The notes: generated from the letters alone by a model not told the origin. Shown: positions 33,229 through 43,639, counted from the whole stretch's first letter. The stretch: 63,876 nucleotides of DNA, filler included, from Candidatus Tectimicrobiota bacterium (GCA_016193065.1; 10 parts of 10 records of this genome joined end to end with filler, not necessarily neighbours in it); one strand, 5' to 3'. Program-made: numbers and translations.

Positions 33229-34608
33229 ATGGAGGCCCACATTTTCCGCGAGTACGATATCCGGGGAACCGTCGGGAAGGATCTCACTCCGGAGGTGGCC
33301 CGCCTGATCGGACTTGGCTTCGGCACGCTCATGCAATCCCAGGGGGGATCAGAGGTGAGCGTGGGCAGGGACAACCGTCTCAGTTCCGAGGAACTTAAGG
33401 CGGCGTTGGTGGAGGGAATCCGGTCCACCGGATGTAACGTCATCGACCTGGGGCTTGTGCCGACCCCTCTCCTCTACTTTTCCTTGCATTACCTTCCGGT
33501 ACACGGGGGCATGATGATCACGGGGAGCCACAACCCCCCAGAGTTTAACGGCTTCAAGGTATGCGTGGGGAAAAACACTCTGTTCGGCCCTGAGATCCAG
33601 GACCTGCGCCGCCTCATTGAAGCCGGGAATTTCCGGCAAGGCAACGGGTCCTACGGCAAGGCGGAGATCCTCGGCCCCTATCTCTCCGCAGCAAAAAAGC
33701 GGGTCCGCCTGGAGCGCCCCATTTCCGTGGTCACCGACGCCGGAAACGGCACGGCGGGGCTGGTTGCGCCCACCCTTCTGCGGGACCTGGGGTGCACGGT
33801 TCATGATCTGTTCTCCACCCCCGATGGGCATTATCCCCATCACCACCCGGACCCGACGATCCCCGAAAATCTGACCGAGCTCCGCCGCCGGGTCATGGCC
33901 ACGGGATCGGAAGTTGGCATCGGTTACGACGGGGACGCGGATCGAATCGGGGTGGTCGATCACGAGGGGAACATCCTCTGGGGTGATCAGCTCATGATCC
34001 TCTTTTCCCGCGATCTCCTGTCCCGCCACCCGGGTGCTTCCGTCGTTTTCGAAGTAAAAAGCTCCCAGACCCTGGTGGACGACATCCGCAAGCACGGTGG
34101 AAACCCGATCATGGGGGCGGCCGGGCATTCCTTGATCAAGAAAAAAATGCGCGACGAGAATGCCCTCTTGGGAGGCGAGATGAGCGGGCACATCTTCCTG
34201 GCGGAAAACTATTACGGGTTTGACGACGCCATTTTTGCCTCCTGCCGCCTTCTGGAAATTCTCTCCCGCGGGCACGGCAGCCTCAAGGAGATGCTGGCGG
34301 ACGTCCCCAAAACCTACTCGACGCCCGAGATCCGCATCGCCTGTCCCGAGGAAGAGAAATTCCGCATCGTCGACGAGGTCATGCGCAGCTTCGCCGAGCA
34401 ATATCCCATCATCGATGTCGATGGAGTCCGGGTTGTCCTGGAAGACGGCTGGGGACTGGTGCGGGCCTCCAACACCCAACCCGTCCTGGTTCTCCGCTTC
34501 GAGGCCCTGAGCACGAAACGGCTCGCAGAAATCCAGGAACTCGTTTTGGGACGACTGGAAAAATTCCCGATCCTGGGGGCAGAGATCTCCCGGCTGCGGT
34601 CCGCCTGA
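33229..34608 (+). CDS. Phosphomannomutase/phosphoglucomutase (AlgC-like)
   Basis: IFREYDIRG, TGSHNP, DGDADR, GEMSGH, RASNTQP. Confidence 0.95.
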   Translation: MEAHIFREYDIRGTVGKDLTPEVARLIGLGFGTLMQSQGGSEVSVGRDNRLSSEELKAALVEGIRSTGCNVIDLGLVPTPLLYFSLHYLPVHGGMMITGSHNPPEFNGFKVCVGKNTLFGPEIQDLRRLIEAGNFRQGNGSYGKAEILGPYLSAAKKRVRLERPISVVTDAGNGTAGLVAPTLLRDLGCTVHDLFSTPDGHYPHHHPDPTIPENLTELRRRVMATGSEVGIGYDGDADRIGVVDHEGNILWGDQLMILFSRDLLSRHPGASVVFEVKSSQTLVDDIRKHGGNPIMGAAGHSLIKKKMRDENALLGGEMSGHIFLAENYYGFDDAIFASCRLLEILSRGHGSLKEMLADVPKTYSTPEIRIACPEEEKFRIVDEVMRSFAEQYPIIDVDGVRVVLEDGWGLVRASNTQPVLVLRFEALSTKRLAEIQELVLGRLEKFPILGAEISRLRSA

Positions 34609-35684
34609 TGAACCCCTATATCTACGCCGTCATCCTGGCCGGGGGCGAGGGAACCCGCTTCTGGCCTCTGAGCCGCAAGGGAAATCCCAAGCAGTTCCTG
34701 CGGGTGCTCGGCGACAGGAGTCTCCTCCAGCAGACCGTGGATCGCATCGCTCCTTTAATTCCACAGGAGAATACGTACGTTGTCACGTTGCAGGACCAGC
34801 GCAGACAGGTCCTGGACCAGATCCCCTGGCTTCTGCCGGATAACGTCCTGGGCGAGCCCTGCGGCCGCAACACGGCCCCGGCCATCGCTCTGGCGGCTGT
34901 CCATCTCAAGGAGCGCGGAGGAGACGGGGTCATGGTGGTCCTGGCAGCCGATCACCTGATCGGTGACGCGGACAAGTTCGTGGAAAACCTGAGGGTCGCC
35001 GCGGAGTTTGCGGCTCAGGAGGATCTCCTGGTCACCCTGGGAATTCGCCCGAAGGGACCCGAGACCGCTTATGGCTACATCCGGCTGGGTCCGGGGATCA
35101 AGGAGATCCACGGGTATACCATCTACGCCGTCGAACAATTTGTGGAGAAACCGGACCGCGCCCGGGAGCCTACCTAGCCGACGGAAATTACCTGTGGAAC
35201 AGCGGCAACTTTGTCTGGAACCTGCGGACAATCCTGGAAGCCTACGAGACCTACCTGCCGGATCTCCTTCATTCCATCCAGGCAGTTCATGCCCTCCCGC
35301 ACACCCCGGAAGGGGACCGGCAGCAGAGGGAGCGTTATGGTCGGTTCGTCTCTCAATCGGTGGACTATGGAATCCTGGAAAAAGCGGACCGGGTTGCCGT
35401 GTTCCCCTGCGACTTCCCCTGGAGCGATTTGGGGAGTTGGAACGCCCTGTATGCGGTGCTCCCCAAGGATGGGCAAGCCAATGCCGTCACGGGAAAACAC
35501 GAAGGGGTGGAAACACAGGGGTGCCTTATCCGCTCCACTGGGCGGCTCATCGCCACCATTGGTCTTTCCGAACTCATCGTTGTGGATACGGGCGACGCCC
35601 TGCTGATCTGCCCCCGGAACCGGGATCAGGATTTGAAAAGGCTGGTTGAGAAACTGCGTTCCTCGGGAGAAGAGTCCGTTCTCT
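34608..35684 (+). pseudogene. manC: Mannose-1-phosphate guanylyltransferase, frameshifted near 35168 (possibly artefact)
   Basis: ILAGGEGTRFWPLSR, RNTAPAI, FVEKPD, then in a new frame YLWNSGNF, SVDYGILEK, WSDLGSW. Confidence 0.92.
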
Positions 35685-35784
35685 NNNNNNNNNNNNNNNN
35701 NNNNNNNNNNNNNNNNNNNNNNNNNNNNTTAATTAATTAANNNNNNNNNNNNNNNNNNNNNNNNNNNNNNNNNNNNNNNNNNNN

Positions 35785-36030
35785 CGGACGCCGGCCGGTC
35801 ATGGCCGCCCCGACGGCCAGCCCGGTGATGCCCGCCTCCGAGATAGGGGCGTCAATCACGCGCTCCGTGCCGAACTCCTCCACCAGCCCGGACAGGACTT
35901 TAAACGGCGTGCCGGCTTCCGCCACGTCTTCGCCCAGAATGAACACGCGCGGGTCGCGGCGCAGTTCTTCGGCCAGGGCCTCACGGATCGCCTCACCGAA
36001 GGTCAGTTCGCGGCCCTGTGCGTCAGGCAT
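35785..36030 (-). CDS. TPP-dependent dehydrogenase E1 beta subunit, 5' fragment
   Basis: GEDVAEAG, RVIDAPISEAG, GAAMTGRRP. Confidence 0.92.
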
Positions 36031-37021
36031 AGACATCCTGATCCACCTCGCCCGGGCCTGGGTAGGGGGCGGCGATGGCGAGTCGCGCCGCGGCCTCGAT
36101 CTCGTCCTTCACTTCGGAGTGAATCCGGTCGATGGCCGCCTGGTCGGAGATTCCCTGCCCGATGAGCCAGCGGGCCAGGCGCTGGATGGGATCGCGCTGG
36201 GTCATCCACTCGCGCTCTTCTTCTTTCGAGCGATAGTACGAGCGGTTGATGTCGCCTACGTGGTGGCCGTGGTAGCGATAGGTGTTGCACAGGAGAAAGG
36301 CCGGCCCTTTTCCCAGGCGGGCGCGCTCTACCAGACGTTGCGTGAGCGAGTATACCGCCTGGATGTCCTGCCCGTCCGCGACCGCGGTTTCAATGCCGAA
36401 GGCTTGAGGCCGCGCCGTGATTTCTCCGGCAGTGGTTTCAGAAAAGTGGGTATATTCATTGTAGAGGTTGTTCTCGCAAACGTAGATGACCGGGAGTTTC
36501 CAGAGCTGGGCCAGGTTCATGGCCTCGTAGAGGAGTCCTTGCCCCAGCGCTCCCTCGCCGAAGAAGCACACGGACACCTGACCCTTGCCCCGCTGTTTTG
36601 CCGAGAATGCAGCCCCGGTGGCGATCCCGATGCCGCCCCCCACAATGGCATTTGCTCCGAGATTTCCCACCTGCGGGTCCGCAATGTGCATCGAGCCGCC
36701 TTTACCCCGGCAATATCCTGGCTCCTTGCCGAGCAGCTCCGCGAACATCCGATCCGTCGAGGCCCCCTTGGCCAGGCAATGGCCGTGGCCGCGGTGAGTG
36801 CTGGTGATGGTATCGTCGGGCCGCAGGGCCGAGCATACGCCCACGGCCACCGACTCCTGTCCGATATACAGATGGGCCAGCCCGGGCATGATGGCGCGGG
36901 TGTAGAGGTCGTTCACCTTTTCTTCGAACTCGCGGATCGTCACCATCTGCCGGTACATGGGGAGCCAGAGTGTCCCCTCCGGGACCGTCTGATGCTGAGT
37001 TCTTTTCCTGGCTGTCTTCAT
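36023..37021 (-). CDS. TPP-dependent (acetoin/pyruvate-type) dehydrogenase E1 alpha subunit
   Basis: HLYIGQE, HRGHGH, GKGGSMH, GEGA...ENN, RYHGH. Confidence 0.93.
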   Translation of the reverse strand: MKTARKRTQHQTVPEGTLWLPMYRQMVTIREFEEKVNDLYTRAIMPGLAHLYIGQESVAVGVCSALRPDDTITSTHRGHGHCLAKGASTDRMFAELLGKEPGYCRGKGGSMHIADPQVGNLGANAIVGGGIGIATGAAFSAKQRGKGQVSVCFFGEGALGQGLLYEAMNLAQLWKLPVIYVCENNLYNEYTHFSETTAGEITARPQAFGIETAVADGQDIQAVYSLTQRLVERARLGKGPAFLLCNTYRYHGHHVGDINRSYYRSKEEEREWMTQRDPIQRLARWLIGQGISDQAAIDRIHSEVKDEIEAAARLAIAAPYPGPGEVDQDVYA

Positions 37022-37899
37022 GGTTTGATCCCGGCCATCCTGGCCAGCACTGCAAAGATCACCGCGAAGTCCTCCTTGACCAAGCCCAGGGCACGGGCGG
37101 TGGTCAGGAACTCGTTAGTCACTGCGGTAGTGGGCAGAGGGACGTCGAGGTGCCGGCCCATCTCCAGTGCCAGGTTCATGTCTTTCTGCATCATGTTCAC
37201 GTCGAACCAGGCCTCCTCCGGCATCTTCAGCACGAAAGGCCCGCGGTACTTCACCATGGGAGAGGCAATGACGCTGTGCAGCAAAACCTCGACGGCGGTC
37301 TCGCGGGGGATGCCGCTCTTTTCGGCCAGGAGCACGCCCTCGCTAAACGCCAGCATTTGCACGGCCAGACTCAAGTTGGTGGCGATCTTCATGGAAACCG
37401 CCAGCCCGTTGCCCCCTACATGGGTGACCTTTGGCCCAATGTCCTGCAGGATCGGTTTGATTTTTTCGAAAGCGTCGCGGTCCCCACCGACCATGATGGA
37501 GAGGTTTCCCTCTTCCAGTGTGGCCACGCTTCCCGATACCGGCGCGTCGAGCATCTGTGCCCCTCGGGCGGCGACCCGGGCGGCAAGCTCCCGGCTCGCA
37601 GCGGGGCTGACGGTGCTCATGTCCACAAAGATCTTGCCCGGCCCCAGCCCTGCCAGTAGACCGTCGGGTCCGCCTGTCACGGACTGTAAAGCCTCTGTAT
37701 TGGTCACCATGGTGAAGATTGCGTCGGCCGTTTCCGCCACGGCGCGAGGCGTATCGCCCCACTTCATGCCGAGGTCCAGCAACCACTGGGCCTTGGACTT
37801 GGTGCGGTTGTAACCCGTGAGGGCGTGGCCGGCAGCCAGCAGCCGTTTGGCCATCCGGCCGCCCATCACTCCCAGACCGACAAATCCAAGATGGGCCAT
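37018..37899 (-). CDS. Beta-hydroxyacid dehydrogenase (3-hydroxyisobutyrate/tartronate semialdehyde family)
   Basis: GFVGLGVMG, DMST, DAPVSG, MKIATN, KDMNLA. Confidence 0.92.
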   Translation of the reverse strand: MAHLGFVGLGVMGGRMAKRLLAAGHALTGYNRTKSKAQWLLDLGMKWGDTPRAVAETADAIFTMVTNTEALQSVTGGPDGLLAGLGPGKIFVDMSTVSPAASRELAARVAARGAQMLDAPVSGSVATLEEGNLSIMVGGDRDAFEKIKPILQDIGPKVTHVGGNGLAVSMKIATNLSLAVQMLAFSEGVLLAEKSGIPRETAVEVLLHSVIASPMVKYRGPFVLKMPEEAWFDVNMMQKDMNLALEMGRHLDVPLPTTAVTNEFLTTARALGLVKEDFAVIFAVLARMAGIKP

Positions 37900-38060
37900 G
37901 GAGGTTCTCCCTGAGGAGAAAGTTTATACTATTTCCGGGGCTTCCTGGAGGCAAATTCTGCAAAAACTCCGGGTGGGCAGGCCCGAATAGCTTGCCCACC
38001 CCCAGTTCGTTACCGAGGAATTATTACCCTCTCTGATCCATTCCTCAGGGTGCCCCCTTG

Positions 38061-38455
38061 GGCTCCCGAAGCGCTTGCGACGTGAGATGTGTCGGCCGGA
38101 TCGAGAGCTTTCCTCCTCGCAACCGCTTAGATCACCTACGGGGGCTACACCCTCGGAGGAAGAACACCAGGGGCTGACCTTCCCGCCCCGAGCGAAACTG
38201 CCGGGAGCAGCGCAACACCCGCAAAGCGGGTACCCGCACCGGGAGCGGCCAGGGATGGGAAACCGCGCAGCTTAGACTTGCTTGCAGATAGCTGAGCATT
38301 GAACGTGGCGGTAGCGGAGGGTTCCGCACCCATAGTAATGGGTACCCGCGTCCTGGGTGTGGGCGCCCCGTAAGGGTCCGCTGCGGGAGGCGTCCAGCGA
38401 AGGGCGGGAGTCGGCCCCTTTCCTAATGGAACCGTAGAAACTGGGGCGGGCAAGG
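38061..38455 (+). repeat. Composite intergenic repeat cluster
   Basis: 38061-38157 resembles 60543-60640; 38181-38236 equals 22339-22394; 38396-38455 resembles 22396-22456. Confidence 0.85.
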
Positions 38456-38532
38456 GGTCAAGAAAAAATGGAAAAAGGCCGATGGAGAATTTGAGGGGCG
38501 AGCCGTCAACCTATCATAGGGGAGCCGGGAAA

Positions 38533-38709
38533 ATGACCGACGGGAAGCCGAAAACCACCAGGATCACCGTGCCCTTTGGAGTTTTAATTGCCCTGTTGTG
38601 CCAGGAAGCCTTTCGCGTCGTTTCCAAGGAGCAGGAAGCCTACCGGCTGGTTCATGGCATGTTGCCGGGATTTCTGGCCCGCTACCGGCAGCACAGACTG
38701 GCATCCTAG
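38533..38709 (+). CDS. Possible small hypothetical protein (58 aa)
   Basis: Purine-rich upstream sequence and plausible amphipathic helices; no family recognised. Confidence 0.35.
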   Translation: MTDGKPKTTRITVPFGVLIALLCQEAFRVVSKEQEAYRLVHGMLPGFLARYRQHRLAS

Positions 38710-38829
38710 GAAGAATTTCTCCGACGGCTCGCTGTTGGTCTTCCCGTCTTGCTTTCCAACTGTTTCCTCCGTTTACTCCGACCGGGAAATGTGCCACCAT
38801 AGCTCCAACCCTCATTCCTATGGAGATTT

Positions 38830-39548
38830 ATGCTGGCAGAACTGTTTGCGCTCCTGGCCTCTCTGGGCTATGCGGCTTCTTACGTCTTCGCCAAGAAGGC
38901 GCTTAAGGGATCGGATCCCCTGACCGGAGTCCTGCTCTCGGTGGTGGCCGGGTCCTCCCCCGCTCATCCCTCATTTACGCCACCGAACCTTTACTGACCG
39001 TGGTCGCGGCCCGTTGGTTCTTGGGGGAGGTCCTGACCTTGCAGATCCTTCTCGGGACCGTGCTCATCATCCTGGGGGTGATGAACTTAAGCCAGGAGAA
39101 GCGGCAGCAGCGCCCGTGGCGTCCGCAAGACCTCCTCTATGCCGTTCTGGCGACCGCCTTCTACGGCCTCTCCTCGGTCATCCGCAAGTGGGGCATCCGG
39201 GAGATCCCGGATCCCGTTCTGGGCGCCGCCGTCAATTCCCTGGCCGCCGCGATTCTCGTAGGGATTTTCACTTCTGTGCGCCGGGGAGAAGGCCGTCCCG
39301 CCATGGGAAGATCTGCCGGCTGGTATTACGTGGCTTCCGGCATCTCCGCGGCTACAGCAATCCTTTTCGTTTTTATGGCGCTGAGCTATGGAGATGTCGT
39401 GGTAGTCTCCCCCTTGATGAGCACCCGCCCCCTGTTTGCCATTCTCTTGAGCTTCCTGTTCCTGCGGGATGTGGAGCGTGTCACTTGGCGGATCTTCCTG
39501 GGGGGTGTGCTGGTTGTCTTAGGGTCGGCGGCCATTACCGGGCGCTGA
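38830..39548 (+). pseudogene. EamA/DMT transporter with internal deletion/frameshift near 38950
   Basis: MLAELFALLASLGYAASYVFAKKAL start jumps to RSSLIYATEPLL...FLGE in another frame; second EamA repeat intact. Confidence 0.8.
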
Positions 39549-39721
39549 GACAGTGACTGGTTGTTCTCGGTTTGGAGTTGACAGGAGCTCCGGGTCTCCT
39601 CTTAATAGAGGTGGAAGGGATCTTTTGTTTTCTCTTCATGCGGGTGGCGGGGGACCTCGTGCAACTTGACGATCGGGAAGCGGAGATCTCAGACCCAGTA
39701 ATCGGTTACCAGATATGAAGC

Positions 39722-40315
39722 GTGGGGGTCTATACCCGGACGGGAGATAAGGGAGAAACGGGGCTTGCCGGGGGGCGGCGGGTTGCAAAGGATTCTTCCC
39801 GGATCGAGGCCTACGGGACCGTGGACGAGCTCAACGCGACCGTGGGGATTGTCAGGGCCTTGAATCGGGACCTGCGCAAGCACTCCGCCGTCCGCGCCGA
39901 GTTGGAGGAGGTTCTGCGCCAGGTGCAGCAGCAGCTTTTTGATCTGGGAGCGGATCTGGCCACCCCGACGGAAGAGGGCCGTCCCGTCACCACGCGGATC
40001 GGCGAGTCCCAGGTCAAGGAGATGGAAGCGCTCATGGACCGCTGGCAGAAAGACCTGAAGCCGCTGAAGTCTTTTGTCCTCCCCGGCGGGGGAAAGTTAA
40101 GCGGTTTCCTGCACCAGTGCCGCACCGTGTGCCGCAGAGCGGAGCGCCAGGTCGTGAAGCTTTCCCGGCAGGAAGACGTGGGGCCCTGGCCCCAGATCTA
40201 TCTGAACCGGCTCGGGGATCTTTTCTTTGTTCTCTCGCGCTGGATTTCCCATCATCTCCAGGAATCGGAGACCCTCTGGGAAGGGGGATTAGCCTCCCGG
40301 CCCCGGCGCCGCTAA
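39722..40315 (+). CDS. PduO-type ATP:cob(I)alamin adenosyltransferase
   Basis: YTRTGDKGET, AYGTVDELN, FVLPGG, RTVCRRAER, YLNRLGD. Confidence 0.93.
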   Translation: MGVYTRTGDKGETGLAGGRRVAKDSSRIEAYGTVDELNATVGIVRALNRDLRKHSAVRAELEEVLRQVQQQLFDLGADLATPTEEGRPVTTRIGESQVKEMEALMDRWQKDLKPLKSFVLPGGGKLSGFLHQCRTVCRRAERQVVKLSRQEDVGPWPQIYLNRLGDLFFVLSRWISHHLQESETLWEGGLASRPRRR

Positions 40316-40551
40316 GGTTTTTGAAGCTCTTGAATCTTGGCCAGTATCTCTTCGGACTTCGGGAAGCGACCGGTCTGAAAGTGGGAGAAGATAAGACTGC
40401 CGTCGATCCGGACGTCGAAGACACCGCCGCTGCCCTCGATAAGCTTCGATTCAAGCCCCGTGCTTTTGCGGATTGCCTGCTGCAAACTTGCAGCCTGGGG
40501 TTTGTAGTTTCACTCCCCGCAGTAGGTGATGGTAATTTCCATGAGCTTCAT
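40312..40551 (-). CDS. Rdx family (SelW/SelT/SelH-like) selenoprotein, 79 aa, Sec at codon 14
   Basis: MKLMEITITYCGE-U(TGA 40510-40512)-NYKPQAASL...GSGGVFDVRIDGSLIFS...GRFP; GGAGGAG RBS. Confidence 0.9.
40479..40494 (-). promoter_or_regulatory. Candidate bacterial SECIS hairpin
   Basis: GCUGCAAGUUUGCAGC stem-loop with GU in the loop, starting 15 nt after the in-frame UGA. Confidence 0.7.
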
Positions 40552-40591
40552 CTCTCCTCCTCTGTCTCCGCGCTGGAGTCTCACCCAACGC

Positions 40592-41707
40592 CTACGAGCC
40601 GAAAAGGTTTGCAATCACGCTGGGGGGAACCGGGGCCGTGCAGGCGGTCTCCAGGTTCTCCTCCACGTGGGCTCTTTGTTTCATTCCCACTAGTGCGGTG
40701 CCCAATCCGGGGGTCGAACGTACAAACTGAATCGCTCTTTGAGCATCGGTGCGCAGACCGGGGAAGGTCGAGGCGAGGAATTCCGGCAGGTGGCGGGTGG
40801 CTCTTCCCTGGTAGACCGAGGCACTGGCCATCGTGTACATCCCCAGCTCGGCGGAAGCTTCCAGGGGGCTTAAGAGTTTCCCGTTGAGCTTCTGGGTCTT
40901 CGCAGCAAAAGCTTCGGTCATGGCCAGGCTGTAGGGGAGCTGGATGACCCGGAAGTGATGGTTTTTGCCCCCTGCCTGGCAGGCCAGGTTAAAAAGCTCG
41001 GCCAGATCGAGGTGCTCGGTCTCTTCTGCCGGGACCCGGTAGCCGTTCCAGGTGGCCGTACCGTACAAGCGGATGTGCCCCGCCGCCACCTCTTCCTCCA
41101 GCCGTGCGAAGGCTCTAAGCATCCTGTCGTTGAATTCCGGCCGTGGGATCTCCGACAGTTGGGTCTCGGGGTTATGGATGTAGTAGATATCGATGCACTC
41201 CAGGCGGAGGTTGCGGCGGCTGCATTCCATCTGGTGGGAGAGATACCGGGGGGATAAGCAGTGGCAGCCCGCCACAACTTCACCGGGCTGGATCACTCCG
41301 GTGCGCGCGAAGGTGTCCTGGAAATAAGCGGAAGGGTCATCCGGAGGCTCGCCGTCAAAGGGGATGAAGCCCCCCTTGGTGGAAACAACAACTTCATCGC
41401 GGCTCAGGGTCCCTGCCTGGAAGCTGCGCTCGAGCACCTCGCCGATAGTACGCTCGCTGCGCTGGCAGCGGTAGTTGACCGCTGTATCGATGACGTTGCA
41501 TCCGATCTGCAGGGCCCGGCCGATGGCTTTCCGGTACAGATTGTCCGTGGCCTCGTCGTGATGGCCCAGGTAAGTGCCCAGGCCGATTGAGGACGCCCAG
41601 GCGCCGAGAGGCTCCGGAAGACGGCGGAAGTGATTCGCGGGCAAACCCGGAATCCGGTCTCGGTAACGCCGGGTGCTGGTCTCCGTGGCGCTGTTCGGCT
41701 GGCTCAT
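40592..41707 (-). CDS. Aldo/keto reductase
   Basis: IGLGTYLG, IDTAVNYR, STKGG, IDIYYIHNPE, ALVGMK. Confidence 0.92.
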   Translation of the reverse strand: MSQPNSATETSTRRYRDRIPGLPANHFRRLPEPLGAWASSIGLGTYLGHHDEATDNLYRKAIGRALQIGCNVIDTAVNYRCQRSERTIGEVLERSFQAGTLSRDEVVVSTKGGFIPFDGEPPDDPSAYFQDTFARTGVIQPGEVVAGCHCLSPRYLSHQMECSRRNLRLECIDIYYIHNPETQLSEIPRPEFNDRMLRAFARLEEEVAAGHIRLYGTATWNGYRVPAEETEHLDLAELFNLACQAGGKNHHFRVIQLPYSLAMTEAFAAKTQKLNGKLLSPLEASAELGMYTMASASVYQGRATRHLPEFLASTFPGLRTDAQRAIQFVRSTPGLGTALVGMKQRAHVEENLETACTAPVPPSVIANLFGS

Positions 41708-42126
41708 TTCTTTCTTCTCCTGGAAGGTTTGAACAACCCTTTGGCCAGGGATTTGCGGAAATAGGCAGGATGGGAAACGGGTTTTCCCTGACCGTTGATT
41801 GCAACGATCGTGAGTCCTCCTTCTACGCTGAGCAAGTCTTGTTTAAAGATCTGAAAGCCGAAAATGACAGAAGAGCGCCCCACTTTCTCGATCCGGCAGT
41901 GAACGTCGATTTCGTCGTCGTAGTACAGGGGCTTTTTAAAGCGAGCCCAGACTTCCACCCGGGGAAAGCCCAGCTTTCGAAGGATCCGCGTGTAGGGGAT
42001 TCCAAGCGTTCTCAACAACTCGTGCTCGGCTGCTTCAAAATATCTGAGGACCGACGCGTAGTGTATGCGACCAGCGGCGTCCGTGTCGATCCAGGAGACT
42101 CGCATGTGTTCAATTTGCTCTACCAT
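41704..42126 (-). CDS. 4-hydroxybenzoyl-CoA-type (YbgC-like) thioesterase
   Basis: RVSWIDTDAAGRIHY...YFE hot-dog fold motif. Confidence 0.9.
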   Translation of the reverse strand: MVEQIEHMRVSWIDTDAAGRIHYASVLRYFEAAEHELLRTLGIPYTRILRKLGFPRVEVWARFKKPLYYDDEIDVHCRIEKVGRSSVIFGFQIFKQDLLSVEGGLTIVAINGQGKPVSHPAYFRKSLAKGLFKPSRRRKK

Positions 42127-42473
42127 GAGGCCCTCGCTTCGTTATGATGAGTATGATGGCATTTCCGGACCGCTTTGGTGCTGTGGGAATGATATCGGTG
42201 CACTGGCAGAGGGTCAAGGGTCGAGTGTTTGGAGGCAGTATTCAGAGGAGATCCTTTGCATTGAGAAATCGAAGGCCTGCGCGAGTTTGGAGAGGTGAAA
42301 CGATACCCTGGTGTTTCCTTGCAAGTTCCGCCGGGAGCCGCATTCTCTTGATTTTTCCCTTCGGCTCTTGTAGGGTGAGAACAATTTTCTGTGCTTTCAG
42401 ATGGCACGCACCCTGGAATTACAGGGCAAGTAAGGCCATACCAGCTTTCGTTTTTTCCTCCCGTCAGGTCCTT

Positions 42474-42644
42474 TACGGACTCAGGGGCAGCGTCTGGACG
42501 AACGACATCAGTTTGGCCATCGAAACGGCCCGCAGCTGGATCAACGGCGGCAGCCGCCACTTTATCGGCGCCCCCTTTGGAGGCTATAAGCAAAGCGGGC
42601 TGGGACGAGAGGAGTCGCACGTCACCATCAACGTGCGCGTGTAG
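42474..42644 (+). pseudogene. C-terminal relic of an aldehyde dehydrogenase
   Basis: [12 protein letters not shown]...WING...[15 protein letters not shown] with no upstream ALDH body. Confidence 0.8.
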
Positions 42645-42808
42645 GACCTATCCGAATCACCTGGTTCGAAGTCTTTGCGGACCCAGCGTTAGAAGAAAAA
42701 ATGCGTGATTCAAGTTCAGCCTGTGGGTCGTGACATTATCGTAATGGGAAATAAGCGTGAAGGAGATTAAGGACATAGGATCATCCTCCAGAGGAAGAGG
42801 AGGTTCCC

Positions 42809-43539
42809 ATGCTTATTGACGCGCACGTCCATTTACTGCCACCCAAGCGTCAGGCCGGGCTCATTCAATGGATTCACCGCTTTTTCCCGCATCATCCTAT
42901 TCCTGAAACCGTGACACAGGATGAGTGCATTGCAGATTACGAAAAGCTGGGAGCCGATTACATCTTTAACTTGGTCTATCCGATCCTTCCCGAGGAAACG
43001 GAGGAACTTATTGACTTCAATGCTGACCTGCGCTTGCGATATCCATGGATCGTCCCGTGGGGCTCTCTCCACGTTGAGAACCCGGACAAAAGGAAGATTG
43101 TCGAGCGCTGCATTGTTCAGGAAGATTTTCTTGGTTTAAAATTCCACCCGTTCATCCAGCGCTTTGACCCGCTAGATCCCCGGATGTTTGACGTCTACGA
43201 GCGGCTTCAGGAACTGGGACGACCAGTGATCTTCCACACGGGCTACGAGGAATTTTACGGCCATTCACTTCCAATGGAAGAGTTAATAGAGAACTTCCCA
43301 AGGATGCCCGTGGTCTTTGCTCACAGCCTGTTTCCCGATTTCCACAAGGCGTGGCGGATTCTCGACCGTTACGATCACGTCTGGATGGATATGACCAACA
43401 ATTTCAGCGCACTTTGGGATGAACGGTATCGCTTCGCTGCCCCCACAGAAGCAAAAGCAAAGCTGCTTGATGGCCTTGCCACCAGAAGCGACCGGGTCAT
43501 GTTCGGCTCTGAGCATCCAGCAGGGCTGGGAACCTTAGA
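42809..43539 (+). CDS. Amidohydrolase_2 family metal-dependent hydrolase, 3' truncated
   Basis: IDAHVH, GLKFHP, IFHTG, FAH, VMFGSE. Confidence 0.88.
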
Positions 43540-43639
43540 NNNNNNNNNNNNNNNNNNNNNNNNNNNNNNNNNNNNNNNNNNNNTTAATTAATTAANNNNN
43601 NNNNNNNNNNNNNNNNNNNNNNNNNNNNNNNNNNNNNNN

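Noticed and set aside
35801-37813. 670-aa plus-strand ORF and other long antisense ORFs
   Set aside because: Shadow frames of well-supported genes in high-GC DNA
38270-38460. Possible ncRNA or Cys-containing peptide on the minus strand
   Set aside because: Overlaps repeat modules shared with 22395 and 60510; no start codon or RBS for the peptide frame
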